Shown in pieces: positions 39,041 to 52,564 of a stretch of 64,000 bases of DNA; positions within the stretch are counted from its first letter, which is position 1; each line of letters opens with the position of its first letter. A model generated the notes under the pieces. The model was not told where the DNA came from. It ran no database searches and saw only the letters and a program-made list of their open reading frames with translations. Made by a program: the position numbers and the translations under genes. Source of the DNA: Haliotis rufescens (lineage: Eukaryota); NCBI RefSeq assembly GCF_023055435.1, contig NW_025963857.1:23374001-23438000 (forward strand), in the 5' to 3' direction.

Positions 39041-40593
39041 GCGTGCGTGGGGGGGGGGGGGGGTGGGGGGGGGTTGAGATTGGGGGGATAGATGATAGGT
39101 CATCTTGAGTGGGAGGGTATTCGCAGATGAATTAGCATATGAACTATGATTCTCTTTAGGCAGAAAATGAGGATCCATGATGTTCGACCCGGTAGAAGTG
39201 TATTATCAAACCTCACAGCATTGGTTTTTTGACTGACTGTAGCGTCAAAACAAACTCATTCATTTACTTGAACTGAATGTTCATCTTAATTGTTATGGAT
39301 AGTCACGGAGCCATGATCCAGAGAACAGGGTGTCATTAGATAGAAATAAACTGAGTAATAATAGGATTACCAGAAAAACGGGGTTTTACACACAAGCCAA
39401 TAAACTTCGCTCATTAACAGCAGAGTAAGTCAGTACAAGATCGTAAACTGCCCCATAATTATGTATGACATGCTTGTCGGGTATTGCTACATATATATGT
39501 GAAAACAAAGTTATTAAAATGAAGAGCAAAACTGATGGAAGTTAACAATAAACGTGTATACGTGTTATATCGTCACTGCAAAAATAATGATTGTTTGTCT
39601 TTAGTATTAACATTCAAATACGTTATATCTGTATTAGCGATATTGTCTTTGTTCCACCGGTGAGTCAGCGTTAGCCGTACTATCTCGTAGTATAATTGAA
39701 TTTCTGAAGACATCACGATACAGTTTTTACGATGCATCACGTCTGCACTAGCGCTTGATAACAGCCTTGTGTTTGGGTGTTCAGTGGTTTAAATCGCTGC
39801 TCTTGATATTGTTGATTAAACTTTGATACTATGAACAATATAATGTTATGTGGGAGGTTGACTTTAGAACGGTAACATACTAATAGTATATAGGATGACA
39901 TAAACAGAACAATGAGAAGTTCGTCCAGATTAGTGTATAGGCAACATTTAATAATTAAGATAATTACATTCAACAACTCCCCTTTTAAGTCCATTTTCCT
40001 GACTTATAAGTAAATGCAAGAACAATCGGCCGGAATACAATGTATAGTTCTTGTCCACTTCCATGTGACTATATAGCATACAATAAGCTATCGGGTTCCG
40101 TTTAGATCGGTTTGGGTGGCAGCCTAGATAGCCATAGAATACTTTCATCTTGGAATTTCCCATATCACTGGGGATCCTCTTCAATTTAAATGGAGTTACT
40201 CGTTACGATTCCGAACCTTCACGTGACTGTGTTTATGAACCATTGTCAAATAGTGGTGACATTAAATCTAGGAAACAATACGCGAAATCGCGCATGCACA
40301 GAACGAAAAATTTGGTCAAGGCATTAAGTAATCCGCATGCGCAGAACGATTGATTTCAGTACTTCCGCTAAGCGCTTCGAGTGCAGCGTCAAACGCGGGC
40401 CTGTAATCTAACACGCGGGACTGACCAATGAAATCTGAGAAGTAGAAATACCGGTAGACGCTGTTGCTTGATTGACAATGTCAATCAAGAAAGGGAGGAG
40501 CTTAACGCTATCGTTCTCTCCCAGTAAATTCCGATGTCAAATAACGACGTTATTTGGACGGAAAAACGATGGTTTGAAAACGTCCAAATAACG

Positions 40594-40651
40594 TCGTTTT
40601 TCCGTCCAATGACCATATACGGAAAAAAACGACGTTTTCGTGTTTGCAGTG
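40594..40651 (-). repeat. Right terminal inverted repeat (58 bp)
   Basis: Exact reverse complement of 29694-29751. Confidence 0.97.
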
Positions 40652-40864
40652 CATGACGGCGGTCTGTAAATAATCGAGTCTGGACCAGACAATCCAGTGA
40701 TTAAAATCATTAGCATCGATCCACCCAATTGGGATCGATGACATGCATCAACCAAGTCAGCGAGCCTGACCACCCGATCCCGTTAGTCGCCTTTTACGAC
40801 AAGCATAGTCACCTTTTACGGCAAGCATGGGTTGCTGAAGACCTATATATTCTACCCCGGAATC
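40652..40864 (-). mobile_element. SINE-B, unit 7, body (split by transposon)
   Basis: Resumes exactly at GACGGCGGTCTG after the second CAT. Confidence 0.83.
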
Positions 40865-43017
40865 CACTATCTGATAGTCATTCATACGCACATGCTTGTG
40901 ATCATTATAGTCGGAATCGTACAATGGTCTCTGCTTCGAGCAGAGCTTTCGAATGATTCTGAAAAGGGTTTTGTGGCGTTTATTTGCAACTGCGTTTCTT
41001 GAGAGAACTCTCTTATCTTCAACATATCATCTTGATAATTGTACACTTCATTATCAAGGAATTTGTGATAATACGAGCATCACTAAATTTGATATCTCAA
41101 CTTTTATAGATAAAGCCTGAATATTGATATAATAATCATTCAATGATGACCCTTTAACTACATAAATCGTCAACGACAGAGAATATTCAGGCTCGATTAT
41201 CTGTTGAAACAGATTTCATTGGGTGTAAAAGGCAAGATTGTGCTAAAATGTATACTGAATATCAGTGATGTCACCAGGTGTTAGTGAATAGTTCATATTT
41301 GTTGGATGTTTCATGAGCTCCTCCGTCCGTTCCATCGTGTGCCAAATTGGGAGAATGTTGTCTTTTGACAATGTCTCAGCCATTCATACTTTTGCATATA
41401 TACTTAATCACTGTTGCAAATAACTCACTTTAACGTGTTTTAATCTTCGGCTGAGTCTTAGGTCGTAAACATTAGAAGAAAGTATATAAATCGTCTCTAC
41501 CCTTTACGTATGCCCTTGACATGATGAAGCAGTAGTGATAGTGATGATTGTGTTCTTTTAAGTCGTGTTTAGACCAAAACTCTTACCAAGAATAAAACAC
41601 GCGCAAATCAGTTTGACAATGTGTAACTATATAAGGGTTGCCCAGAAAAACCGTACATCTAAAAGTAAAGACGTGTGTTTTCAGAAGAAAATGCTCTTAA
41701 AGTATAACACAAAGGTGTTTTCAAAGATAGACATGATCAAACGACTTGTTTTTACAGTCTGGTTGTTGTTATAAAGACTTATGACACGCTTTAAAGTTGG
41801 ACCATTTATTCCGCTGAATTTCACTCTCTACAGTTACCAAATGCAATCTCCTTTGTATTGATAAATGATTGTCACTTCTGCTTTGTAATCAAACAATAGG
41901 GATATATTAGCTATTTGTTTGTTCATTGTAATCTTCAATCCTACCAATCCAGTTCGGAATCTTCAAATTCGCGCTCTGATTTAATCAATATGTATTTTAC
42001 AAATAGCGCCTACAGGGAAGGTGGTTAGTAAACACACAACTAAATATCTATATAGATACTTCTCCTATTAATTACATAAGCAGTATGCAAAATGTTAAAT
42101 TGCATCATCAAATCAAGAAGTACATGTTTGATGGAAATTACAAATAATTCGTAGTTTGATAAGCTATACCCGGACAAGCGTATTTAATAGATACTTTTGA
42201 ATTCAATCGTTTTGTTTGTGTAATTGATAAACTGTAAAGATATGTTATTGTCATGGAAATTCCAACTGTATGCATTCCCTTCTAACCAAAGCAGTAAGAA
42301 TCTTGCAACATTTGTTTTGATGCTCTACATCACTATGGCTTTCGGGTTTGTTTTATTGCAGCAGCTCAGATATTATTTATACAAAGCGCCATAACAACAT
42401 GTAGATTGTATTCTGAATACAACTTTCGCTCATTTTCAAGGACAGCGCACACATTTGCATTTCAATACAGTGCACACTGTCTACCCCTTGATACCGTCAA
42501 TGACTGCTTTGACAAAAATTGACACGCCTGCTTATTTGTTTCGCTGCATGTTTTTAAAATGCAAATTGAAATACAGACAGCCAATTCCAGATATTATGGT
42601 ACTTCAAATGGCTATCAAACCCTTTCCTGGCAGCCCAAATGATACATTCCCGTGAAACATGAACTCGGGTAAGTGACATTTGGTGGGAGATATATCAAGC
42701 ATAAAATCCCTCCTCTTATCATCATGTCCGGTTTCCTCAGGAACTTAATAGCACATTTCAGTAGTTGATATCTTAGCTAGCAGTAAAACGCAATATCATT
42801 GAAGTGTGCTTGGATATTGGTCGACAACACGTACTATGTCCAGAGTTTACAATATGGAGAAACATAGATCACTCTTCCATTGTGAACATTCAATTCAGAT
42901 TAAGATTTTCAAACAAATTTCAAGGCGTAAATAAATATGACAAGATTTTATTGAACCAATTCCATTGGTTTGAGAAAATACATAAATAGCCAGCATCACA
43001 CTGCAGGTGATAATAAC

Positions 43018-43634
43018 TCAATAATAGCCGATACCTGAAACAAAAAAATAGTAGAATAAAGTTGGGATGTATGGATAAGTCACAACGAAGTCTTGAAACT
43101 AGCTGCATGATAAACTATACCAAATATTAGAGAAAGCAGAGAATAGTTTTAAAGATGTTTTGTAAATGTCATCAGCTTTGTCGCTGAAAATAGTAATACC
43201 ACATAGGTAAATTATGCAATTTTGCAAACGAGACTGGAGGTATATTTACGGATACGATAAACAAATGATATCATATTTTGTGAAATACCTTTTCCCAATC
43301 CAATTCCGTATCCTCCCATTCCGTAGAGACCACCATAGCCCCCGAGTCCTCCGTACAGACCTCCCATGCCGTATCCGTATTTGCCTCCGTATAGACCTCC
43401 CATGCCTCCGTATATACCTCCCATGCCTCCGTATAGACCTCCCATGCCTCCGTATAGACCTCCATAGCCTCCAAGACCTCCAAGACCTCCAAGGCCTCCG
43501 TACAATCCACCCATTCCGTAGCCAATTCCGCCCAGTCCTCCTTTCAACCCGCCAATTCCACCATACAGACCGGTAGGCTCGGCAAAGGCGGTAACAGCCA
43601 GGCAGGCAACAAGAGCGGCGACTATCTTCATCAT
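43018..43634 (-). CDS. Secreted Gly/Tyr-rich protein, copy 8; join(43634..43289, 43034..43018); 120 aa
   Basis: As copy 7, plus L>I in one repeat (GGIYGGM). Confidence 0.9.
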
Positions 43635-44287
43635 TTTGAGTATCTATTGAGTAACGGGAAAATTATTGTCAAGAAAGGTAAAATAGCATGTTATCGTTAC
43701 TCATCTGGTAAATTCAGTTCACACCACTCATTGTGAATTATGTTATCAGTTTTGCTTTCACCCGCATTCATATATTTCTCAATTTACAAGAACGTCTTAT
43801 GTTACATATTCGGACTTTTATGAATTGGCTCAACATAAAGATTGAAAACAGCCTGATGCGCAGCAGATGAATCAAAAATTAAAAGTATACATATATATCA
43901 CAAGCAAAATTTAAATTAGTACTTGCAGTTTGGTCTTTACTCGTATCTGTGTCTCAACGGCAGGTGAAGATAAGAGATGATGGAACAGTTTCCCCCGTCC
44001 TTTATATATACCATTTGTGAATTATACGTGATTGATTTACCTTGGGCTGACCACTTCCAGGTAAGTAACGCACCTCAGCTTAATGGTGTAAAGTAAGCAT
44101 TCTTTTCGCATCAAAGGGCCCGAGGTTATCACCCTACGGGTACACATGCGAGCTGGTATCCATGAACATCGATTAAGGAAGTACAAGACAACGTATATAA
44201 AGGTGGCAAACAGACACACTCTCTCTGGCATCGTCGAACTGCATTTCAAACAGTCCTCGATACTCAATGTTTAACCTATATTATTTA

Positions 44288-44453
44288 GGGGCGGTCGGGT
44301 AGCCTAGTGGTTAAAGCGTTCGCTCGTTACGCCGAAGACACGGGTTCGATTTCCGACATGGGTACAATGTGTGTAGCCCATTGCTGGTGTCCCCCGCCGT
44401 GATATTGCTGGAATATTGCTAAAAGTGGCGTAAAACCATACTCACTCACTCAC
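44288..44453 (+). mobile_element. SINE-A, unit 8
   Basis: Copy of 2118-2283 with the same TSD. Confidence 0.88.
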
Positions 44454-45059
44454 TTTAACCTATATTAAGTAAATATTCGATAATGGTCTGAAAAGTGTGT
44501 ATCCAGTAAATATATGATGTGGGAGCAACATACATCAGACATTATAATGCATCTGTGTGATACGACATAACATGAGACCAGAAAACTGACGCAACACACC
44601 AGTACAGCCTCGCCACAGTACAGCAGTAGCACTGTACCACACGAGGTCAACTATGCTAACCGTTTCCGTGTAATACAGCAGCCTGCTCACAAGAAAATAG
44701 CTTCTGCTGAATATACTGCAGAAGTCCCCAGATACTACATTATTCTCCCCGAATTTTATTTATCTTACTGCACAATAACTATAAACTACAACAGCTTTAT
44801 TTCCTAACTGAAAGGGACATATATTGGTTTCTTCTCACAAAGGGACTGTCACTATGAATACTCACAACACCTTTATATGTGTGTAGTATCTGTTAAAAGC
44901 CGAAAGTACACCAGTGTCTTCTGAAAACATGATTGACATATGAACAACAGCTTGTTTTCTCGTCTTTGTTGACTTGTCTTTGTATGTGTTTGTGACGGTA
45001 GAACCGATGGGGCAGGATACGCTTACTTTTTGGCAACCGCCAGGTATCATCACTATCTG

Positions 45060-45329
45060 GTTGGTTAGTTGGTTGGTTGGTTGTTTAACGCTGCACTCAG
45101 CAATATATTACTGCTATATGACGGCGGTCTGTAAATAATCGAGTCTGGACCAGACAATCCAGTGATTAAAATCATTAGCATCGATCCACCCAATTGGGAT
45201 CGATGACATGCATCAACCAAGTCAGCGAGCCTGACCACCCGATCCCGTTAGTCGCCTTTTACGACAAGCATAGTCACCTTTTACGGCAAGCATGGGTTGC
45301 TGAAGACCTATATATTCTACCCCGGAATC
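45060..45329 (-). mobile_element. SINE-B, unit 8
   Basis: Copy of 2890-3155 with a 4-bp insertion. Confidence 0.83.
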
Positions 45330-47482
45330 CACTATCTGATAGTCATTCATACGCACATGCTTGTGATCATTATAGTCGGAATCGTACAATGGTCTCTGCT
45401 TCGAGCAGAGCTTTCGAATGATTCTGAAAAGAGTTTTGTGGCGTTTATTTGCAACTGCGTTTCTTGAGAGAACTCTCTTATCTTCAACATATCATCTTGA
45501 TAATTGTACACTTCATTATCAAGGAATTTGTGATAATACGAGCATCACTAAATTTGATATCTCAACTTTTATAGATAACGCCTGAATATTGATATAATAA
45601 TCATTCAATGATGACCCTTTAACTACATAAATCGTCAACGACAGAGAATATTCAGGCTCGATTATCTGTTGAAACAGATTTCATTGGGTGTAAAAGGCAA
45701 GATTGTGCTAAAATGTATACTGAATATCAGTGATGTCACCAGGTGTTAGTGAATAGTTCATATTTGTTGGATGTTTCATGAGCTCCTCCGTCCGTTCCAT
45801 CGTGTGCCAAATTGGGAGAATGTTGTCTTTTGACAATGTCTCAGCCATTCATACTTTTGCATATATGCTTAATCACTGTTGCAAATAACTCACTTTAACG
45901 TGTTTTAATCTTCGGCTGAGTCTTAGGTCGTAAACATTAGAAGAAAGTATATAAATCGTCTCTACCCTTTACGTATGCCCTTGACATGATGAAGCAGTAG
46001 TGATAGTGATGATTGTGTTCTTTTAAGTCGTGTTTAGACCAAAACTCTTACCAAGAATAAAACACGCGCAAATCAGTTTGACAATGTGTAACTATATAAG
46101 GGTTGCCCAGAAAAACCGTACATCTAAAAGTAAAGACGTGTGTTTTCAGAAGAAAATGCTCTTAAAGTATAACACAAAGGTGTTTTCAAAGATAGACATG
46201 ATCAAACGACTTGTTTTTACAGTCTGGTTGTTGTTATAAAGACTTATGACACGCTTTAAAGTTGGACCATTTATTCCGCTGAATTTCACTCTCTACAGTT
46301 ACCAAATGCAATCTCCTTTGTATTGATAAATGATTGTCACTTCTGCTTTGTAATCAAACAATAGGGATATATTAGCTATTTGTTTGTTCATTGTAATCTT
46401 CAATCCTACCAATCCAGTTCGGAATCTTCAAATTCGCGCTCTGATTTAATCAATATGTATTTTACAAATAGTGCCTACAGGGAAGGTGGTTAGTAAACAC
46501 ACAACTAAATATCTATATAGATACTTCTCCTATTAATTACATAAGCAGTATGCAAAATGTTAAATTGCATCATCAAATCAAGAAGTACATGTTTCATGGA
46601 AATTACAAATAATTCGTAGTTTGATAAGCTATACCCGGACAAGCGTATTTAATAGATACTTTTGAATTCAATCGTTTTGTTTGTGTAATTGATAAACTGT
46701 AAAGATATGTTATTGTCATGGAAATTCCAACTGTATGCATTCCCTTCTAACCAAAGCAGTAAGAATCTTGCAACATTTGTTTTGATGCTCTACATCACTA
46801 TGGCTTTCGGGTTTGTTTTATTGCAGCAGCTCAGATATTATTTATACAAAGCGCCATAACAACATGTAGATTGTATTCTGAATACAACTTTCGCTCATTT
46901 TCAAGGACAGCGCACACATTTGCATTTCAATACAGTGCACACTGTCTACCCCTTGATACCGTCAATGACTGCTTTGACAAAAATTGACACGCCTGCTTAT
47001 TTGTTTCGCTGCATGTTTTTAAAATGCAAATTGAAATACAGACAGCCAATTCCAGATATTATGGTACTTCAAATGGCCATCAAACCCTTTCCTGGCAGCC
47101 CAAATGATACATTCCCGTGAAACATGAACTCGGGTAAGTGACATTTGGTGGGAGATATATCAAGCATAAAATCCCTCCTCTTATCATCATGTCCGGTTTC
47201 CTCAGGAACTTAATAGCACATTTCAGTAGTTGATATCTTAGCTAGCAGTAAAACGCAATATCATTGAAGTGTGCTTGGATATTGGTCGACAACACGTACT
47301 ATGTCCAGAGTTTACAATATGGAGAAACATAGATCACTCTTCCATTGTGAACATTCAATTCAGATTAAGATTTTCAAACAAATTTCAAGGCGTAAATAAA
47401 TATGACAAGATTTTATTGAACCAATTCCATTGGTTTGAGAAAATACATAAATAGCCAGCATCACACTGCAGGTGATAATAAC

Positions 47483-48099
47483 TCAATAATAGCCGATACC
47501 TGAAACAAAAAAATAGTAGAATAAAGTTGGGATGTATGGATAAGTCACAACGAAGTCTTGAAACTAGCTGCATGATAAACTATACCAAATATTAGAGAAA
47601 GCAGAGAATAGTTTTAAAGATGTTTTGTAAATGTCATCAGCTTTGTCGCTGAAAATAGTAATACCACATAGGTAAATTATGCAATTTTGCAAACGAGACT
47701 GGAGGTATATTTACGGATACGATAAACAAATGATATCATATTTTGTGAAATACCTTTTCCCAATCCAATTCCGTATCCTCCCATTCCGTAGAGACCACCA
47801 TAGCCCCCGAGTCCTCCGTACAGACCTCCCATGCCGTATCCGTATTTGCCTCCGTATAGACCTCCCATGCCTCCGTATATACCTCCCATGCCTCCGTATA
47901 GACCTCCCATGCCTCCGTATAGACCTCCATAGCCTCCAAGACCTCCAAGACCTCCAAGGCCTCCGTACAATCCACCCATTCCGTAGCCAATTCCGCCCAG
48001 TCCTCCTTTCAACCCGCCAATTCCACCATACAGACCGGTAGGCTCGGCAAAGGCGGTAACAGCCAGGCAGGCAACAAGAGCGGCGACTATCTTCATCAT
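47483..48099 (-). CDS. Secreted Gly/Tyr-rich protein, copy 9; join(48099..47754, 47499..47483); 120 aa
   Basis: Protein identical to copy 8. Confidence 0.9.
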
Positions 48100-48752
48100 T
48101 TTGAGTATCTATTGAGTAACGGGAAAATTATTGTCAAGAAAGGTAAAATAGCATGTTATCGTTACTCATCTGGTAAATTCAGTTCACACCACTCATTGTG
48201 AATTATGTTATCAGTTTTGCTTTCACCCGCATTCATATATTTCTCAATTTACAAGAACGTCTTATGTTACATATTCGGACTTTTATGAATTGGCTCAACA
48301 TAAAGATTGAAAACAGCCTGATGCGCAGCAGATGAATCAAAAATTAAAAGTATACATATATATCACAAGCAAAATTTAAATTAGTACTTGCAGTTTGGTC
48401 TTTACTCGTATCTGTGTCTCAACGGCAGGTGAAGATAAGAGATGATGGAACAGTTTCCCCCGTCCTTTATATATACCATTTGTGAATTATACGTGATTGA
48501 TTTACCTTGGGCTGACCACTTCCAGGTAAGTAACGCACCTCAGCTTAATGGTGTAAAGTAAGCATTCTTTTCGCATCAAAGGGCCCGAGGTTATCACCCT
48601 ACGGGTACACATGCGAGCTGGTATCCATGAACATCGATTAAGGAAGTACAAGACAACGTATATAAAGGTGGCAAACAGACACACTCTCTCTGGCATCGTC
48701 GAACTGCATTTCAAACAGTCCTCGATACTCAATGTTTAACCTATATTATTTA

Positions 48753-48918
48753 GGGGCGGTCGGGTAGCCTAGTGGTTAAAGCGTTCGCTCGTTACGCCGA
48801 AGACACGGGTTCGATTTCCGACATGGGTACAATGTGTGTAGCCCATTGCTGGTGTCCCCCGCCGTGATATTGCTGGAATATTGCTAAAAGTGGCGTAAAA
48901 CCATACTCACTCACTCAC
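48753..48918 (+). mobile_element. SINE-A, unit 9
   Basis: Copy of 2118-2283 with the same TSD. Confidence 0.88.
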
Positions 48919-49524
48919 TTTAACCTATATTAAGTAAATATTCGATAATGGTCTGAAAAGTGTGTATCCAGTAAATATATGATGTGGGAGCAACATACAT
49001 CAGACATTATAATGCATCTGTGTGATACGACATAACATGAGACCAGAAAACTGACGCAACACACCAGTACAGCCTCGCCACAGTACAGCAGTAGCACTGT
49101 ACCACACGAGGTCAACTATGCTAACCGTTTCCGTGTAATACAGCAGCCTGCTCACAAGAAAATAGCTTCTGCTGAATATACTGCAGAAGTCCCCAGATAC
49201 TACATTATTCTCCCCGAATTTTATTTATCTTACTGCACAATAACTATAAACTACAACAGCTTTATTTCCTAACTGAAAGGGACATATATTGGTTTCTTCT
49301 CACAAAGGGACTGTCACTATGAATACTCACAACACCTTTATATGTGTGTAGTATCTGTTAAAAGCCGAAAGTACACCAGTGTCTTCTGAAAACATGATTG
49401 ACATATGAACAACAGCTTGTTTTCTCGTCTTTGTTGACTTGTCTTTGTATGTGTTTGTGACGGTAGAACCGATGGGGCAGGATACGCTTACTTTTTGGCA
49501 ACCGCCAGGTATCATCACTATCTG

Positions 49525-49794
49525 GTTGGTTAGTTGGTTGGTTGGTTGTTTAACGCTGCACTCAGCAATATATTACTGCTATATGACGGCGGTCTGTAAA
49601 TAATCGAGTCTGGACCAGACAATCCAGTGATTAAAATCATTAGCATCGATCCACCCAATTGGGATCGATGACATGCATCAACCAAGTCAGCGAGCCTGAC
49701 CACCCGATCCCGTTAGTCGCCTTTTACGACAAGCATAGTCACCTTTTACGGCAAGCATGGGTTGCTGAAGACCTATATATTCTACCCCGGAATC
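49525..49794 (-). mobile_element. SINE-B, unit 9
   Basis: Copy of 2890-3155 with a 4-bp insertion. Confidence 0.83.
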
Positions 49795-51947
49795 CACTAT
49801 CTGATAGTCATTCATACGCACATGCTTGTGATCATTATAGTCGGAATCGTACAATGGTCTCTGCTTCGAGCAGAGCTTTCGAATGATTCTGAAAAGGGTT
49901 TTGTGGCGTTTATTTGCAACTGCGTTTCTTGAGAGAACTCTCTTATCTTCAACATATCATCTTGATAATTGTACACTTCATTATCAAGGAATTTGTGATA
50001 ATACGAGCATCACTAAATTTGATATCTCAACTTTTAAAGATAACGCCTGAATATTGATATAATAATCATTCAATGATGACCCTTTAACTACATAAATCGT
50101 CAACGACAGAGAATATTCAGGCTCGATTATCTGTTGAAACAGATTTCATTGGGTGTAAAAGGCAAGATTGTGCTAAAATGTATACTGAATATCAGTGATG
50201 TCACCAGGTGTTAGTGAATAGTTCATATTTGTTGGATGTTTCATGAGCTCCTCCGTCCGTTCCATCGTGTGCCAAATTGGGAGAATGTTGTCTTTTGACA
50301 ATGTCTCAGCCATTCATACTTTTGCATATATACTTAATCACTGTTGCAAATAACTCACTTTAACGTGTTTTAATCTTCGGCTGAGTCTTAGGTCGTAAAC
50401 ATTAGAAGAAAGTATATAAATCGTCTCTACCCTTTACGTATGCCCTTGACATGATGAAGCAGTAGTGATAGTGATGATTGTGTTCTTTTAAGTCGTGTTT
50501 AGACCAAAACTCTTACCAAGAATAAAACACGCGCAAATCAGTTTGACAATGTGTAACTATATAAGGGTTGCCCAGAAAAACCGTACATCTAAAAGTAAAG
50601 ACGTGTGTTTTCAGAAGAAAATGCTCTTAAAGTATAACACAAAGGTGTTTTCAAAGATAGACATGATCAAACGACTTGTTTTTACAGTCTGGTTGTTGTT
50701 ATAAAGACTTATGACACGCTTTAAAGTTGGACCATTTATTCCGCTGAATTTCACTCTCTACAGTTACCAAATGCAATCTCCTTTGTATTGATAAATGATT
50801 GTCACTTCTGCTTTGTAATCAAACAATAGGGATATATTAGCTATTTGTTTGTTCATTGTAATCTTCAATCCTACCAATCCAGTTCGGAATCTTCAAATTC
50901 GCGCTCTGATTTAATCAATATGTATTTTACAAATAGCGCCTACAGGGAAGGTGGTTAGTAAACACACAACTAAATATCTATATAGATACTTCTCCTATTA
51001 ATTACATAAGCAGTATGCAAAATGTTAAATTGCATCATCAAATCAAGAAGTACATGTTTGATGGAAATTACAAATAATTCGTAGTTTGATAAGCTATACC
51101 CGGACAAGCGTATTTAATAGATACTTTTGAATTCAATCGTTTTGTTTGTGTAATTGATAAACTGTAAAGATATGTTATTGTCATGGAAATTCCAACTGTA
51201 TGCATTCCCTTCTAACCAAAGCAGTAAGAATCTTGCAACATTTGTTTTGATGCTCTACATCACTATGGCTTTCGGGTTTGTTTTATTGCAGCAGCTCAGA
51301 TATTATTTATACAAAGCGCCATAACAACATGTAGATTGTATTCTGAATACAACTTTCGCTCATTTTCAAGGACAGCGCACACATTTGCATTTCAATACAG
51401 TGCACACTGTCTACCCCTTGATACCGTCAATGACTGCTTTGACAAAAATTGACACGCCTGCTTATTTGTTTCGCTGCATGTTTTTAAAATGCAAATTGAA
51501 ATACAGACAGCCAATTCCAGATATTATGGTACTTCAAATGGCTATCAAACCCTTTCCTGGCAGCCCAAATGATACATTCCCGTGAAACATGAACTCGGGT
51601 AAGTGACATTTGGTGGGAGATATATCAAGCATAAAATCCCTCCTCTTATCATCATGTCCGGTTTCCTCAGGAACTTAATAGCACATTTCAGTAGTTGATA
51701 TCTTAGCTAGCAGTAAAACGCAATATCATTGAAGTGTGCTTGGATATTGGTCGACAACACGTACTATGTCCAGAGTTTACAATATGGAGAAACATAGATC
51801 ACTCTTCCATTGTGAACATTCAATTCAGATTAAGATTTTCAAACAAATTTCAAGGCGTAAATAAATATGACAAGATTTTATTGAACCAATTCCATTGGTT
51901 TGAGAAAATACATAAATAGCCAGCATCACACTGCAGGTGATAATAAC

Positions 51948-52564
51948 TCAATAATAGCCGATACCTGAAACAAAAAAATAGTAGAATAAAGTTGGGATGT
52001 ATGGATAAGTCACAACGAAGTCTTGAAACTAGCTGCATGATAAACTATACCAAATATTAGAGAAAGCAGAGAATAGTTTTAAAGATGTTTTGTAAATGTC
52101 ATCAGCTTTGTCGCTGAAAATAGTAATACCACATAGGTAAATTATGCAATTTTGCAAACGAGACTGGAGGTATATTTACGGATACGATAAACAAATGATA
52201 TCATATTTTGTGAAATACCTTTTCCCAATCCAATTCCGTATCCTCCCATTCCGTAGAGACCACCATAGCCCCCGAGTCCTCCGTACAGACCTCCCATGCC
52301 GTATCCGTATTTGCCTCCGTATAGACCTCCCATGCCTCCGTATATACCTCCCATGCCTCCGTATAGACCTCCCATGCCTCCGTATAGACCTCCATAGCCT
52401 CCAAGACCTCCAAGACCTCCAAGGCCTCCGTACAATCCACCCATTCCGTAGCCAATTCCGCCCAGTCCTCCTTTCAACCCGCCAATTCCACCATACAGAC
52501 CGGTAGGCTCGGCAAAGGCGGTAACAGCCAGGCAGGCAACAAGAGCGGCGACTATCTTCATCAT
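51948..52564 (-). CDS. Secreted Gly/Tyr-rich protein, copy 10; join(52564..52219, 51964..51948); 120 aa
   Basis: Protein identical to copy 8. Confidence 0.9.

Larger units (their letters stand above)
29694..40651. mobile_element. Large non-autonomous TIR DNA transposon, CACTA/EnSpm-like (CMC superfamily), ~10.96 kb including N gaps
   Basis: Termini CACTG...CAGTG with perfect 58-bp TIRs. 3-bp TSD CAT at 29691-29693 and 40652-40654. The empty site is visible in the other 11 units. Subterminal repeats present; no transposase-sized ORF. Confidence 0.92.

Noticed and set aside
39049-39090. Poly-G tract as a functional G-quadruplex
   Set aside because: It abuts an N gap, where base calls are unreliable.
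29752-40593. Transposase or other long gene within the insertion
   Set aside because: The longest ORFs are ~130-140 aa, overlap SINEs or repeats, and show no DDE, RT or other recognisable motif.
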